A stretch of 64,000 bases of DNA from Acetobacteraceae bacterium (GTDB lineage: Bacteria; Pseudomonadota; Alphaproteobacteria; Acetobacterales; Acetobacteraceae): contig CBDAQK010000004.1 of the NCBI GenBank assembly GCA_965199005.1, positions 33,120-97,119 of the forward strand. The letters are read 5' to 3'. Shown here piece after piece: positions 33,241-43,559 of this stretch (within the stretch, counting starts at the first letter, position 1; every line of letters begins with the position of its first letter). Made by a program: the position numbers and the translations under genes. The notes under the pieces are model-generated. The model searched no databases. It saw nothing but the letters and a program-made list of their open reading frames with translations, and had not been told where the DNA came from.

Positions 33241-35085
33241 CTACTTTTTCGTGGTTCGGGCAGGTGCGACTGGCGGCATCTCGGCAGGAAGCCCGAGCGT
33301 CCGGCCCGGATACCCGGCGGCGTCAAAGTAGCGGGTTGTTCCGACGGTTTGCGTCAGGACCACCGTGACGTTTCCTGCGGTATCCGGTGCGGAACGAACG
33401 GCCGCCGAGCGGGCCTGCGGCATGGCACCGTTCGGCATTGCCTCTGTTAGCGTCCGGCCCATGAGCGTGCCCTTGTTGGCGATCTTCAGGCCCAGCAGGC
33501 TGGCCACGGTCTTGCCGATGTCCGCGTTGCTGGCGGGCGCCGCGTCGACGAAGCCCGTCCGGAAGCTCGGCCCGGCTGCGCCCATGATGTTGCGCGTGTC
33601 AGCGCGCGAGAAGCTGCCGTGCATGCCTTGGCCTTGCTGCAGGCCGGTGTCGGCAATCTCCACGCCGCAGGTAGTCGGGTCGGCGCACCCCAGGGAGAAG
33701 CTGCGGAAGTTCACGGCAATGGCGGGCATGGGAGTCACGGCGGTCCCATTCAGCGCGATGGCTGACAGGGGCAAGGTGCCCGGGATGCTGCCCAGGCTGT
33801 CGGCGACGAACAGGCCGCTGACGTAATCCTGCTTGGACAGTGCCGCGACGACCTTGGCAGCGAGCGCCTTGTCGCCGTTCGGCAGGTAGACGAGGTCCGA
33901 GCCACCGTTGGCCGCGATGACGATGTCCGGTTTGGCCGGGTCGCTGCCGATCAGGCCATTGCCCTTGCTCGGGAATTCGCCTGCTGCGAGTTGCGCGCTC
34001 TTGGCGTCCGGATCGTACAGGGTCATGCCCAAATCGTGGGCCAGGTCGACGGCCAGGAAGCCGGGCGGCACCTGCTTGGCCGTGACTCCGGTGAAGGTCT
34101 GGCTCGCGGACCAACTCGTGGCGCTCTCCTTGGAGATGGTCGAGAAGCCATGGTCGGAGGTCAGGATGACGTCGGTGTCGGCGTCCAATCCCTGAGCCTT
34201 CAGCCCCGCCAGCAATTTGCCCAGGTCGTCGTCGACGTTCTTGATGGCCGCCAACGAGGTCGGCCCGTTGATGCCCGGCATCAAGCGTCCGAGGCTGTCG
34301 CCCTGATTGTGCTGCGTCCCGTCCGGATCCCGCGACCAGAAAACCATGGCGAACGGCTTGCCGCCCTCTTTGAACATCGGCATCACGGCGCCGGTGGCGG
34401 CGTCGGCAAACCAGTTCTGCTGCTCGACATTGGCCGCCAGGGTTCCGGCCGTCACGTTGTTGCCGGACTGGCCGTTCGCGCCGCGGGTCGGGGCCTGCGC
34501 CGCGAGGTGGGCCACATCCAGCCGTTGCTTCACCACGTCCGAAAGCGGGATGCCACCGGGGCGTCCCGTCATGTCGTCCATCACCACCGTTTGCGTGCCG
34601 GTGCGGTCGGTGTGGTCGAATATCAGGGCGGGGCCAAGCTTGCCGATGGTGGCAGTGGCGAACCCCGCCGTGCGCGCTGCCTTTAGGATGGTCTCCTCGT
34701 CCAGGTAGTCGCCGGAGAAATGCTCGTCCACGTCACCCAGCACAGGATCGCTCTCCAGGAACGGCGTCAGGCTGTCTCCCGCGCCCGGGACCTGGAACCC
34801 GGTGTAGATCGTGTTGCTGAAGTCGCCGGTGTCCCCGAGCATGTGCCCGGTGGCCATCGCCGAGGCGTTCGCCGTCGTGAAGGTCGGGAACAGGGAATGC
34901 GTGTTGGTGAAGCGGATGCCGCGGTTCATCAACGCCGTCATGTTCGGCGCGGTGCGTTCGTTCACCATTCCCGGTCGCAAGCCGTCGGCTACGAAGAGCA
35001 GGACGTTGTGGGGTCGGGCGACCGCCGCCGAGGGAAGGGCCGATAAGCCAACGGCGGCGACGGTGGAGAGCAGGGCGAAGCGCAT
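33241..35085 (-). CDS. Secreted alkaline phosphatase-superfamily phosphodiesterase
   Basis: Signal peptide MRFALL..., FVADGLR, FPTFTTAN, DPDGTQH, TSDHG, GMHG. Confidence 0.88.
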   Translation of the reverse strand: MRFALLSTVAAVGLSALPSAAVARPHNVLLFVADGLRPGMVNERTAPNMTALMNRGIRFTNTHSLFPTFTTANASAMATGHMLGDTGDFSNTIYTGFQVPGAGDSLTPFLESDPVLGDVDEHFSGDYLDEETILKAARTAGFATATIGKLGPALIFDHTDRTGTQTVVMDDMTGRPGGIPLSDVVKQRLDVAHLAAQAPTRGANGQSGNNVTAGTLAANVEQQNWFADAATGAVMPMFKEGGKPFAMVFWSRDPDGTQHNQGDSLGRLMPGINGPTSLAAIKNVDDDLGKLLAGLKAQGLDADTDVILTSDHGFSTISKESATSWSASQTFTGVTAKQVPPGFLAVDLAHDLGMTLYDPDAKSAQLAAGEFPSKGNGLIGSDPAKPDIVIAANGGSDLVYLPNGDKALAAKVVAALSKQDYVSGLFVADSLGSIPGTLPLSAIALNGTAVTPMPAIAVNFRSFSLGCADPTTCGVEIADTGLQQGQGMHGSFSRADTRNIMGAAGPSFRTGFVDAAPASNADIGKTVASLLGLKIANKGTLMGRTLTEAMPNGAMPQARSAAVRSAPDTAGNVTVVLTQTVGTTRYFDAAGYPGRTLGLPAEMPPVAPARTTKK

Positions 35086-35263
35086 GCGGTAATCCCAACG
35101 AGAACGGCACGGCCCTAGCAGATACGTCCGCCGGTCGACGTTGCAGTTCGATGACAGTTGAGCGTCGCTGCGGGTGTGCTTGTCGTTCGGTCGGCGGCAG
35201 GTCCGAGCAGAGCACTCGGACCGCATTGTTGACCTATCTAGTGGCCCATGCCATTTTGGCGAT

Positions 35264-35330
35264 GGCAATGGACTCTGCCTGACCAGCGATGGTCGAACCG
35301 CTCGCCGAAAGTCGGGCTGATGATTCCTAC
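35264..35330 (+). ncRNA. Fluoride (crcB) riboswitch
   Basis: GGCAATGGACTCTGCC...AACCGC...GCTGATGATTCCTAC matches the crcB motif and precedes two fluoride exporters. Confidence 0.9.
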
Positions 35331-35360
35331 TCCACAGGCTTGTGCGAGGAGGAGTCCGTT

Positions 35361-35447
35361 TTGCGTCCAGTAATGCCATATCGCGTGCATATCGAGTTGG
35401 CGTCCGCAGTGCCTTCGGCGTTCGCCTGCAGTCGGGTGAAATCATGA
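35361..35447 (+). CDS. Putative 28-aa leader peptide coupled to CLC-F
   Basis: GAGGAGGAG SD, TTG at 35361, and TGA (35445-35447) overlapping the CLC ATG at 35444. Confidence 0.45.
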   Translation: MRPVMPYRVHIELASAVPSAFACSRVKS

Positions 35448-37306
35448 CCATGCCCGGCTTCCTCATGGACCGGGTTCGCCATGCCGCGATTTCGGTGAAG
35501 TGGGCCGCCTTGGTCGTCCCCATGGCGGCGGTGGTCGGAACGCTGTGCGCTGCCTTCCTGTGGGCACTCGACCGGGTGACCGAAACTCGCATCGCCCATC
35601 CGGCTCTGCTATTCGGCTTGCCGGTCGCGGGTGCGGCAATCGGATTGGTTTATCACTGGGTCGGCCGTTCCGCCGAGGGTGGGAACAACCTGATCGTGGA
35701 GCAGATCCACGAGCCGGGCGGCGGCGTACCGCTGCGCATGGCACCGCTAATCGTCGTCTCGACGGTGATCACCCATCTTTTCGGCGGCTCAGTCGGACGT
35801 GAGGGCACGGCCGTGCAACTCGGCGGCAGCATCGCCAGCGCCTTCGGCAGATTCGCCCTGCTCGAACCGCATGATACCCGCATCTTGCTCATGGCCGGTA
35901 TCGCTGCAGGGTTCGGCGCCGTGTTCGGCACCCCGGTGGCTGGAGCGGTGTTCGCCCTGGAGGTGCTCACCATCGGACGGATCGAATACGCCGCCTTGGT
36001 GCCCGCCATCCTCGCCGCCATCGTGGGCGATTGGACCTGCCATAGCTGGGGAATCCACCACGTCGCCTACCACATCGCCTTCGGCGGTTACCCGGATGCG
36101 GCGGGGACGCCGTTCCACATCGACGGATTGCTTCTCGCCAAGGTGGGCATCGCCGGGGTGGCGTTCGGGTTGGCGGGACTGTTGTTCTCGGAGGCGTCGC
36201 ACTCCGTCGGCGCGATCTTCAAGAAGCTCTGTCCGATCGCCTACTTGCGTCCGGTCATCGGCGGATTGCTGATCATCGGCCTCGTCTACGCCCTCGGCAC
36301 GCGCGAATATCTGGGCCTCGGGGTGACGTCGTTCAACGCGACGGACGCGTCCATCGTCGGCTTCTTCGGTCCAGTCCATCACGTCTGGGCATGGGCCTGG
36401 AAGATTGTGTTCACGGTCCTGTCGCTCGCGACCGGCTTCAAGGGCGGCGAGGTCACGCCGCTGTTCTTTATCGGCGCCGGACTAGGCAACTCCATCGCGG
36501 GATTCCTGAACGCCCCGCTCGACCTGTTCGCAGCGCTCGGGTTCGTCGCCATCTTCGCCGGGGCGTCGAACACGCCGCTGGCCTGCACCATCATGGGTAT
36601 CGAACTCTTCGGCGCGGAGCACACGGTTTACATCGCGGTCGCCTGCTTCGTGGCCTACCTGTGCAGCGGTCACTCCGGCATCTACCTGTCGCAGAAGATC
36701 GGCATCCCGAAGACATCGAACGGCCTGCTGCCGCCGGATGTTTCACTGCGGCACGCCCGCGAATCCCGGCCGAACCATCTGCATCACGCCATCTACCGCC
36801 TGAGCGATCGCCCTCGCTGGGTGACGAAGCAACCAACCATCACCCAGGAGACTGCATTGCCGACGAACGATGTCCACCACGTCACCCAAACCGAGATCGG
36901 GATGGTCCGCATCTACGTGAAGCCCAAGGATCGCTTCCGGAAGGCCGGAACCGGAGGATTGAAGGCCGCCTTCACCGGGCGACCGCTCTACCAGGAGCTT
37001 GTCCAGCAGGCCAAGCGGGCCGGGTTGGTCAACGCGGTGGCCCACCACACCCACTACGGCTTCAGCAACCACGGGCAGGTGCGGCAACACGAGACGGAGG
37101 GTCTCAACATCGACCTGACCATGTGCGTGGAACTGGTGGCCCCACGGGCGCAGCTTGAAGCCTTCTGCAGGCAGCACGGCGACCTGCTGAAGGACAAGGT
37201 CATCGTCTACAAGCATCTCGAACACTGGAAGATCGGCGCGGGACCGAGCCTCCTGGAGGCCGAGCAAGTGGACGATGCCGACGAACTCAGCGGCGCCGCC
37301 GATTAG
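35444..37306 (+). CDS. CLC-F fluoride/H+ antiporter fused to DUF190 (PII-like) domain
   Basis: CLC-F signatures GNNLI, GREGT, GEVTP; C-terminal MVRIYV...HYGFS...LTMCVELV domain. Confidence 0.9.
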   Translation: MTMPGFLMDRVRHAAISVKWAALVVPMAAVVGTLCAAFLWALDRVTETRIAHPALLFGLPVAGAAIGLVYHWVGRSAEGGNNLIVEQIHEPGGGVPLRMAPLIVVSTVITHLFGGSVGREGTAVQLGGSIASAFGRFALLEPHDTRILLMAGIAAGFGAVFGTPVAGAVFALEVLTIGRIEYAALVPAILAAIVGDWTCHSWGIHHVAYHIAFGGYPDAAGTPFHIDGLLLAKVGIAGVAFGLAGLLFSEASHSVGAIFKKLCPIAYLRPVIGGLLIIGLVYALGTREYLGLGVTSFNATDASIVGFFGPVHHVWAWAWKIVFTVLSLATGFKGGEVTPLFFIGAGLGNSIAGFLNAPLDLFAALGFVAIFAGASNTPLACTIMGIELFGAEHTVYIAVACFVAYLCSGHSGIYLSQKIGIPKTSNGLLPPDVSLRHARESRPNHLHHAIYRLSDRPRWVTKQPTITQETALPTNDVHHVTQTEIGMVRIYVKPKDRFRKAGTGGLKAAFTGRPLYQELVQQAKRAGLVNAVAHHTHYGFSNHGQVRQHETEGLNIDLTMCVELVAPRAQLEAFCRQHGDLLKDKVIVYKHLEHWKIGAGPSLLEAEQVDDADELSGAAD

Positions 37307-37307
37307 C

Positions 37308-38537
37308 ATGTTGCCCATAGTCCTCGTGGCCTTGGGCGGCGCGCTCGGAAGCGTCGCCCGCTACGTCGTCAGCATGGCAACCGCGGCTTCATGGGGCGAG
37401 GCGTTCCCGTGGGGCACGATCCTCATCAACGTCACCGGCAGCTTCCTCATCGGTTATTTCGCGACCTTGACGCTGCCGGACGGTCCGGTGCCTGCCAGCC
37501 CCGACCTGAGACTGTTCGTCCTGGTCGGCATCTGCGGCGGCTACACGACGTTCTCGTCGTTCAGCCTGCAGACGTTGAGCCTGATACGCGGCGGCGACTG
37601 GTTCGCCGCTTCGGCAAACGCCGCCGCGTCCGTCGCGCTCTGCATCCTGGCCGTCGGAGCGGGTCATGCGCTTGCCCAGCGGTCGGGCATTCTCTTCCAC
37701 AAGGAGGCTGCCGCCATGCACTCGATACTCGCCGTTTTGAACCGGCCGGAAACGGCCCGTCCCGTTCTCGCCGTCGCCGGACTGCTGGCGGCCAGATCCG
37801 GCGGCGACATCACGGTCCTGCATGTCCGCCACGATCCGATGGAGGATTTCATGCCGACCGAGGAGGTCATGACGGATCGGCGCCTGCGGGAAATCGAGAA
37901 CGAGAGCGCCGGGCGCGCATCGGAACTCAAGGGCATCTTCGAGGACTGGCGTCGCACGCTCGACCCCAAGCTATCGGCCGCGTGGCACGAGGTCACCGGT
38001 CCCACCAAGGCCACGATAGCCGCCGAGGGCAGCGGAGCCGGGCTAATCGTCATTGGCGACGCAGCCAGCAGCAATGGCGGCGACGAGAAGCAGGCGGTGC
38101 AGGCGGCCTTGCTGGATTCCGAGGCTCCTGTCGTTCTGGTTCCCGAGGGACCGGTGCCGGAGACCGTCGGGCGGAACGTCGCGATCGCCTGGAAGGCGAG
38201 CGAGGCTGCGGAAGGTGCGTTGGAAGCGGCTTGGCCCATCCTGCTCAAGGCCGAACGGATAACGATCCTGATGGCGGTGGAGAGCGGCGACGGCGAGGAT
38301 CCGCCACAGGCCCTTCTGCAACGCCTGGGGCAGCGCGGCATCCCCGCACAGGTCGACAGGTTCGACTTGGGCGGCGAGCGCATCGGAGAAGCCTTGTGCC
38401 GCAAGGCGGGGGAACACGCGGCCGACCTGCTCGTGATGGGAGCCTACACCCACAGCCGCATCAGGGAAGCCATCCTAGGCGGAGCAACTCGCGAGATTTT
38501 GGCCGATACCCACATTCCGGTGCTGATGCACGGGTGA
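37308..38537 (+). CDS. crcB: Fluc/CrcB fluoride channel fused to universal stress protein
   Basis: GGALGSVARY, FPWGT, GGYTTFSSF, then in frame a USP region ending LLVMGAYTHSRIREAILGGATR. Confidence 0.88.
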   Translation: MLPIVLVALGGALGSVARYVVSMATAASWGEAFPWGTILINVTGSFLIGYFATLTLPDGPVPASPDLRLFVLVGICGGYTTFSSFSLQTLSLIRGGDWFAASANAAASVALCILAVGAGHALAQRSGILFHKEAAAMHSILAVLNRPETARPVLAVAGLLAARSGGDITVLHVRHDPMEDFMPTEEVMTDRRLREIENESAGRASELKGIFEDWRRTLDPKLSAAWHEVTGPTKATIAAEGSGAGLIVIGDAASSNGGDEKQAVQAALLDSEAPVVLVPEGPVPETVGRNVAIAWKASEAAEGALEAAWPILLKAERITILMAVESGDGEDPPQALLQRLGQRGIPAQVDRFDLGGERIGEALCRKAGEHAADLLVMGAYTHSRIREAILGGATREILADTHIPVLMHG

Positions 38538-38568
38538 GAAGCGGTCCACGGATCCGCCGCAGCTCGCC

Positions 38569-39450
38569 TTATCCTCCGGTCTTCGTTCTACTCCGCACGG
38601 TCGTGCGGAGCCGGTTCAATCGTTCGAGGGTCGGCACTGTCCGGGGGCTTGCGGCCGCGAGGCCGAGCACCAGCGCTTCCAAGCAGACCAAGGTCGCACC
38701 GTGCAGCGCCACCTGGTCGGCTCGCCCCCGCCGGGCGGGCAGGACCACCGACGCATGTCGACCGAGTTTCTCGTCGAGGCTGTCGGTGACCAGCACGATC
38801 GGGAGGCAGAGGCGACGCGCCTCATCGAAGACGGCGACGACTTCCCCGTAAGCCCGACCGTAAGCCATAACCAACACCGCGTCTCCCGAGCGGAGATCCA
38901 GCATCTGATCGGCGAGCATGGAACCGGTCGCGTTCAATGTCAGGGTGCGGCGTCCCCCACGGGTCAGCAACGTCGAGGCATAGCTCGCCAACGCGGCGGA
39001 TGGACCGATGCCGAACACCGCGATGCGTTCCGCAGCGTTCAGCGCCGAGACCGCTTCCACAATGCGTCGCCTCGCACCGGGCAGTCGGATCTCCCGTATG
39101 GCCTCATCGTGCGCGTCGAGGACCAGGTCGACGGCCGTGGCCGTGCTTTCGCCGACGTCGCCCAGCGTCCGGCGCATGTTCTCCACCGCGTCGAACGGTC
39201 GTTCGACCGACGCGAGCAACGCCTGCCGCAACTCGCCCAGCCCGGCGAAACCCAGGATCTGAACCGTCCTGATGACCGTGGCGTCCGATGTTCCGGTTCG
39301 CGTCGCGAGTTCGGCGGCGGAAGTGGCCAGCACCGCGGCGCGGTTGGCGTCAATGTAGTCGGCGACCCGGCGGCAGACGGCGGACAGCGTTTCGCCGTGC
39401 GCCTCCAACCGCTCCCGAAAGACATCCACTACGTCGGTTCGAAGGTCCAT
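38569..39450 (-). CDS. RpiR/MurR-family regulator
   Basis: HTH SAAELA...SDATVIRTVQILGF plus SIS domain FGIGPS. Confidence 0.9.
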   Translation of the reverse strand: MDLRTDVVDVFRERLEAHGETLSAVCRRVADYIDANRAAVLATSAAELATRTGTSDATVIRTVQILGFAGLGELRQALLASVERPFDAVENMRRTLGDVGESTATAVDLVLDAHDEAIREIRLPGARRRIVEAVSALNAAERIAVFGIGPSAALASYASTLLTRGGRRTLTLNATGSMLADQMLDLRSGDAVLVMAYGRAYGEVVAVFDEARRLCLPIVLVTDSLDEKLGRHASVVLPARRGRADQVALHGATLVCLEALVLGLAAASPRTVPTLERLNRLRTTVRSRTKTGG

Positions 39451-39538
39451 GCTCCACACGCCGTAGTGAATGCTTTAACATATCGCGTATTGGTAGCAGG
39501 TGCTACAGGGCATTCGGCATTTCCGGGAGCTTCCGCTT

Positions 39539-40300
39539 ATGGGCACTATGGTGTGGACACACGCCGGACCGACTGCCATCGCTGCCTTCCTGGCGTCCAT
39601 GGTGGAGTTCGTCGAAGCGTTGACGGTGATTCTCGCAGTCGGTGCCGTCCGCGGCTGGCGCGATACCCTGGTGGGCGCGGCGGCGGCGATTGGCGTATTG
39701 CTGCTACTCGTCGCGGTGCTCGGAAGCGCGCTGACCCGCATCCCGCTCGATGCCATCCAATTGGCCGTTGGCACCTTGCTACTGCTGTTCGGAATGCGTT
39801 GGCTTCGCAAGGCGGTCCTGCGCGCGGCCGGAGTGATCCCGCTCCACGACGAGGCTGCCGCCTATGCCAAGCAGACCCGGGCGATGCGCGATCGGGGGGG
39901 CTCGCCGGGTTGGGACAGCATCGCGTTCGGGGCGGCCTTCCAAATCACAATGCTCGAAGGAACCGAGGTGGTGTTCATCGTGATCGCAATCGGGGCCGGT
40001 GGAGCCGGGCTGCTCCTGCCCGCGAGCCTGGGTGCGCTCGCCGCCCTCCTGGTCGTGGCCGCGCTCGGTCTGATCATCCACCGTCCGCTTGCCCGAGTGC
40101 CGGAGAATGGGCTGAAATTCGTAGTTGGGGTGCTGCTTTCCGCGTTCGGCACCTTCTGGGCTGGCGAGGGAATCGGCGTGCAATGGCCAGGAGCCGATTG
40201 GTGCATCCTGGCACTGGTCGCTGGCTTCCTTGGGCTTGCGCTGGCGATGGTGCCGCTTTGCCGGGCGCGCAGGGTGCGCGGCTCGGCCGTCCGGGTTTGA
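39539..40300 (+). CDS. COG4280-like membrane protein
   Basis: FLASMVEFVEALTVILAVG, LLFGMRWLRKA, LEGTEVVFIV, RVPENGLKF. Confidence 0.8.
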   Translation: MGTMVWTHAGPTAIAAFLASMVEFVEALTVILAVGAVRGWRDTLVGAAAAIGVLLLLVAVLGSALTRIPLDAIQLAVGTLLLLFGMRWLRKAVLRAAGVIPLHDEAAAYAKQTRAMRDRGGSPGWDSIAFGAAFQITMLEGTEVVFIVIAIGAGGAGLLLPASLGALAALLVVAALGLIIHRPLARVPENGLKFVVGVLLSAFGTFWAGEGIGVQWPGADWCILALVAGFLGLALAMVPLCRARRVRGSAVRV

Positions 40301-40310
40301 GGAGCGGAAC

Positions 40311-40517
40311 ATGGGTTGGATCAAAACCGTCCTTTGCGAAATCTACGGGCTGTTCGTGGATGACGTGACCTTCGCCGTCGCCATCTTGGCTTGGCTCGTC
40401 GTCGTCTGGCTGGTGTTGCCGCATGTCGGCGTCGCGCCGCATTGGAACGCTGCGGCCCTGTTCATCGGCCTCTGCGTCATCTTCTTGGAGAGCGCCACCC
40501 GGCGCGCCGGGCATTGA
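40311..40517 (+). CDS. Small two-TM membrane protein
   Basis: GGAG SD; EIYGLFVDD followed by two hydrophobic segments; 10 nt after the previous gene. Confidence 0.65.
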   Translation: MGWIKTVLCEIYGLFVDDVTFAVAILAWLVVVWLVLPHVGVAPHWNAAALFIGLCVIFLESATRRAGH

Positions 40518-40629
40518 ATTGTGGCCCGTCAAGCGGACGCCGACCCGCGTCCGGGTCGTTGTCGCAGCGGCGAAGGTGACCCCATTTGCTACAGCGGGCA
40601 TCCGATTGGAGAGGGAGAGCCGAAGCGCT

Positions 40630-41020
40630 TTCGACTATGACGAAGCCGCCCTTTGGCGGATTAAGGTAACACGGATGCGCAGCGCTCCTTCGGCAACCTC
40701 TACGAGAACATCGACGCGGTCGTCGAGCATTACATGGAGGCGACTAGGCTTTGAACCGCGGCCGCCGAAAAGGGCGACGACGCCGCCCGAGAGGATTTCG
40801 CCGGACAATACCCGGACGGGCACGGCGTTCCACGCAACCTAGTCCAGGCCCACCTCTGGTACAATCTCGCCGCCAGCACGCATGTCGGCGACGAGGTCCG
40901 CGAGCGGCGAAAGACCGGTCGAGAAGCCGCCGCCATCTAGATGACTCCGGCGCGAATCGTCAAAGCTCAGCGGCTGGCCCGTGAGGAAAGCCGAAGTCCT
41001 AGAGCTACCCACTCCTCACT
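40630..41020 (+). pseudogene. Sel1-repeat protein remnant
   Basis: Interrupted AAAEKGD...GHGVPRNLVQAHLWYNLAA...MTPARIVKAQRLARE, with internal stops. Confidence 0.6.
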
Positions 41021-41062
41021 GACAGCGTTGACGCATCGCCCTCGGATGCACATCCTTCCCGG

Positions 41063-41448
41063 ATGTCAGTCCAAGCAGTTGCCCGTTCCGCGCCCGACCT
41101 CACCGACCGCAGCTACTGGGCCGGAACCATCAAGATGGCGCTCAGCCGCTTCTCGTACTCCAGGTCCTGCACGACGGTCCGGCGCACGGCTACGACATCG
41201 CCCGCGCGGTCGAGCGCACCACCAAGGGCTGCTGCTCGCCGAGCGAGGGCGCGTTGTATCCGACGCTCAAGGAATTCGAGCAGGGCGGCTACCTGACTTC
41301 CGCCGCTGAGGTCGTCTCCGGTCGGGAGCACAAGGTCTACACGCTGACGGACCGTGGCCGGGAGGCTTTCCGGGTCGGTCTCGGCGCGTGGATGGACGCG
41401 ACGGAAGCGCTGCTGGCGACCCGGCGCGTGGTTGAACCGGCGGAATGA
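41063..41448 (+). pseudogene. PadR-family regulator, one frameshift near 41152
   Basis: YWAGTIKMALSRF, then LHDGPAHGYDI...GALYPTLKEFE...KVYTLTDRG in another frame. Confidence 0.8.
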
Positions 41449-42620
41449 GCCAAACCGTCGTGGCGGTCGAGGGCAATCGCCACCGGTGGATCGTGGTTTC
41501 CGCACTCGGTGTCTGCCAAATCCTCGCTTGGGGCAGCAGCTACTACCTGCTCGCCGTCCTGGCGGTGCCGATTGCCCGCGACACCGGATGGTCGCCCACT
41601 TGGATCGTCGGCGGCTTGTCCCTGGGTTTCCTGGTGTCCGGCGTCGTCTCGCCCCGCGTCGGTCGCACCATCGAGCGGTTCGGCGGCCGCCCGATACTGA
41701 TGGCCAGCGCCGTCCTGCTGGCGCTCGGGTTGCTCGGCTTGGGACTGGCGCCGAACCTGCCGAGCTTCGTGACGGCCTGGATTCTGGTCGGTTGCGGCAT
41801 GGGTTGCGGCCTCTACGGCCCGGCGTTCTCCACGCTCGGCAGGATCTACGGCGAGACGGCGCGACCGCTTATCATGGGCGTCACCCTCTGGGACGGTTTT
41901 GCCAGCACGGTCTGCTGGCCGATCTCCGCATTCCTGACCGACCACCTGGGATGGCGTGGGGCCTGCCTGACCTATGCAGCCATCCACATCGCAGTCGTGC
42001 TGCCGCTCTACGCTTTCGGCGTGCCGCAGGAGACCCAGCGTCGGCCCGCGCCCGGCAAGGTGACCGCCAACAAGGCGGTGGATCGGCAGGCTTTCGTCCT
42101 GCTGGCGTCCGGCTTCACGTTGGCGTCCGTCATCATGACGGTGATTGCCGTCGACCTACTGGCGTTGCTGCAATCTCAAGGCGTCGCAATGGCCGCAGCG
42201 GTCGGCCTGGGCGCCTTGGTCGGACCGTCGCAGGTGGGCGCGCGCGTCTTCGAAATGCTCCTCGGCCGGAAGGCGCATCCGATATGGAGCCTGCTGGTCT
42301 CTACCGTGCTGGTCGCCGTCGGCTTGGCCATGCTGATTGGCGCGCCGGGCACGATGGCGGTCGGCATCGTGCTCTACGGCTCCGGGAGCGGGATCCGTTC
42401 CATCGCGCGCGGCACGGTGCCATTGGCCTTGTTCGGGCGCGAGGGCTACGCCGCGCTAATGGGCCGTATTGCCATGCCAACTCTCGTCGCGCAGGCAGCT
42501 TCTCCGCTAGTCGGCTCCTGGCTGCTGGAACGATGGGGTGCGACACCGACCTTGGCGGTGCTGTGCGGTGCGGCCGTCGTGAACGTGGCGCTGGTGGTGG
42601 CTTTCGTCCCGTCCGTGTGA
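41445..42620 (+). CDS. MFS transporter
   Basis: ALGVCQILAWGSSYY, GRTIERFGGR motif A, about 12 hydrophobic segments. Confidence 0.88.
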   Translation: MSQTVVAVEGNRHRWIVVSALGVCQILAWGSSYYLLAVLAVPIARDTGWSPTWIVGGLSLGFLVSGVVSPRVGRTIERFGGRPILMASAVLLALGLLGLGLAPNLPSFVTAWILVGCGMGCGLYGPAFSTLGRIYGETARPLIMGVTLWDGFASTVCWPISAFLTDHLGWRGACLTYAAIHIAVVLPLYAFGVPQETQRRPAPGKVTANKAVDRQAFVLLASGFTLASVIMTVIAVDLLALLQSQGVAMAAAVGLGALVGPSQVGARVFEMLLGRKAHPIWSLLVSTVLVAVGLAMLIGAPGTMAVGIVLYGSGSGIRSIARGTVPLALFGREGYAALMGRIAMPTLVAQAASPLVGSWLLERWGATPTLAVLCGAAVVNVALVVAFVPSV

Positions 42621-42681
42621 AGGCTACGGACATAGCGAAGTCGCACTGGACAGCAGGTATTATATCGGTCATTCCAGATAA

Positions 42682-43035
42682 ATGGATAACCACTCAGCGG
42701 TCCTTGCCCTTGGTGCCCTGGCGCAGACCACCCGGCTGGAGACGTTCCGCCTCCTGGTGACGTGCGAACCGGAGGGACTTGCCGCAGGCGAAATCTCCCG
42801 GCAAATCGGCACCCCCCAGAACACAATGTCGACGCATCTCGCCGTTCTTGCCCGCGCCGGATTGGTGCGTTCCGAACGGCGCAGTCGGTCAGTGGTCTAC
42901 CGCGCCGACATCGACCGGCTTCGCGACATGATGCTGTTCCTGGCCAAGGATTGCTGCGGCGGTCGACCCGAGTTGTGCGAGCCGCTGCTGGCGGACCTCG
43001 CTCCCTGCTGCACTCCGGAGAAGGTTCTGCAATGA
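42682..43035 (+). CDS. arsR: As(III)-responsive repressor
   Basis: ALAQTTRLETFRLL...NTMSTHL...KDCCGG with C-terminal Cys pairs. Confidence 0.9.
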   Translation: MDNHSAVLALGALAQTTRLETFRLLVTCEPEGLAAGEISRQIGTPQNTMSTHLAVLARAGLVRSERRSRSVVYRADIDRLRDMMLFLAKDCCGGRPELCEPLLADLAPCCTPEKVLQ

Positions 43036-43559
43036 CCGACCGCGTTTTCAACGTGCTGTTCCTATGCACTGCCAATTCGGCGCGCTCCATTCTCGCCGAA
43101 AGCATCCTCGCTAAGGACGGCAGCGGCAGGTTCCGGGCGTTCTCCGCCGGTAGCCATCCCAAGGGCGCGGTCCAGCCGCTGGCGTTGAAGGTGCTCGCCG
43201 ATGCCGACTACCCGGTCGAGGGCGCTCGTTCGAAGGGTTGGGACGAGTTCGCCGAACTCGGTGCGCCTGTCATGGACTTCGTTTTCACCGTCTGCGACGA
43301 TGCCGCTGGCGAGACGTGCCCGGTGTGGCCGGGTCAGCCGGTTACGGCGCACTGGGGGATTGCCGATCCGGCGGCCGCTTCAGGCAGCGAGATCGAGCGC
43401 GAACGAGCTTTCGTAACCGCCTTTCGCCACATGAAGCAGCGTATCTCGCTGTTCACGGCACTTCCGCTCGCAGGATTGGAGCGCGCGACGTTGACCGCGA
43501 AGGTGCGGGAGATCGGCCAAGCTCCGGGTACGTCTTCACCACGCAGGGACGTTGCATGA
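43032..43559 (+). CDS. arsC: Arsenate reductase, LMW-PTP fold
   Basis: LFLCTANSARS, TVCDDAAGETCP, HWGIADP. Confidence 0.9.
   Translation: MTDRVFNVLFLCTANSARSILAESILAKDGSGRFRAFSAGSHPKGAVQPLALKVLADADYPVEGARSKGWDEFAELGAPVMDFVFTVCDDAAGETCPVWPGQPVTAHWGIADPAAASGSEIERERAFVTAFRHMKQRISLFTALPLAGLERATLTAKVREIGQAPGTSSPRRDVA

Noticed and set aside
35086-35592. N-terminal extension of the 783-aa phosphodiesterase ORF
   Set aside because: Overlaps the riboswitch and the CLC start; the signal peptide begins at 35085.
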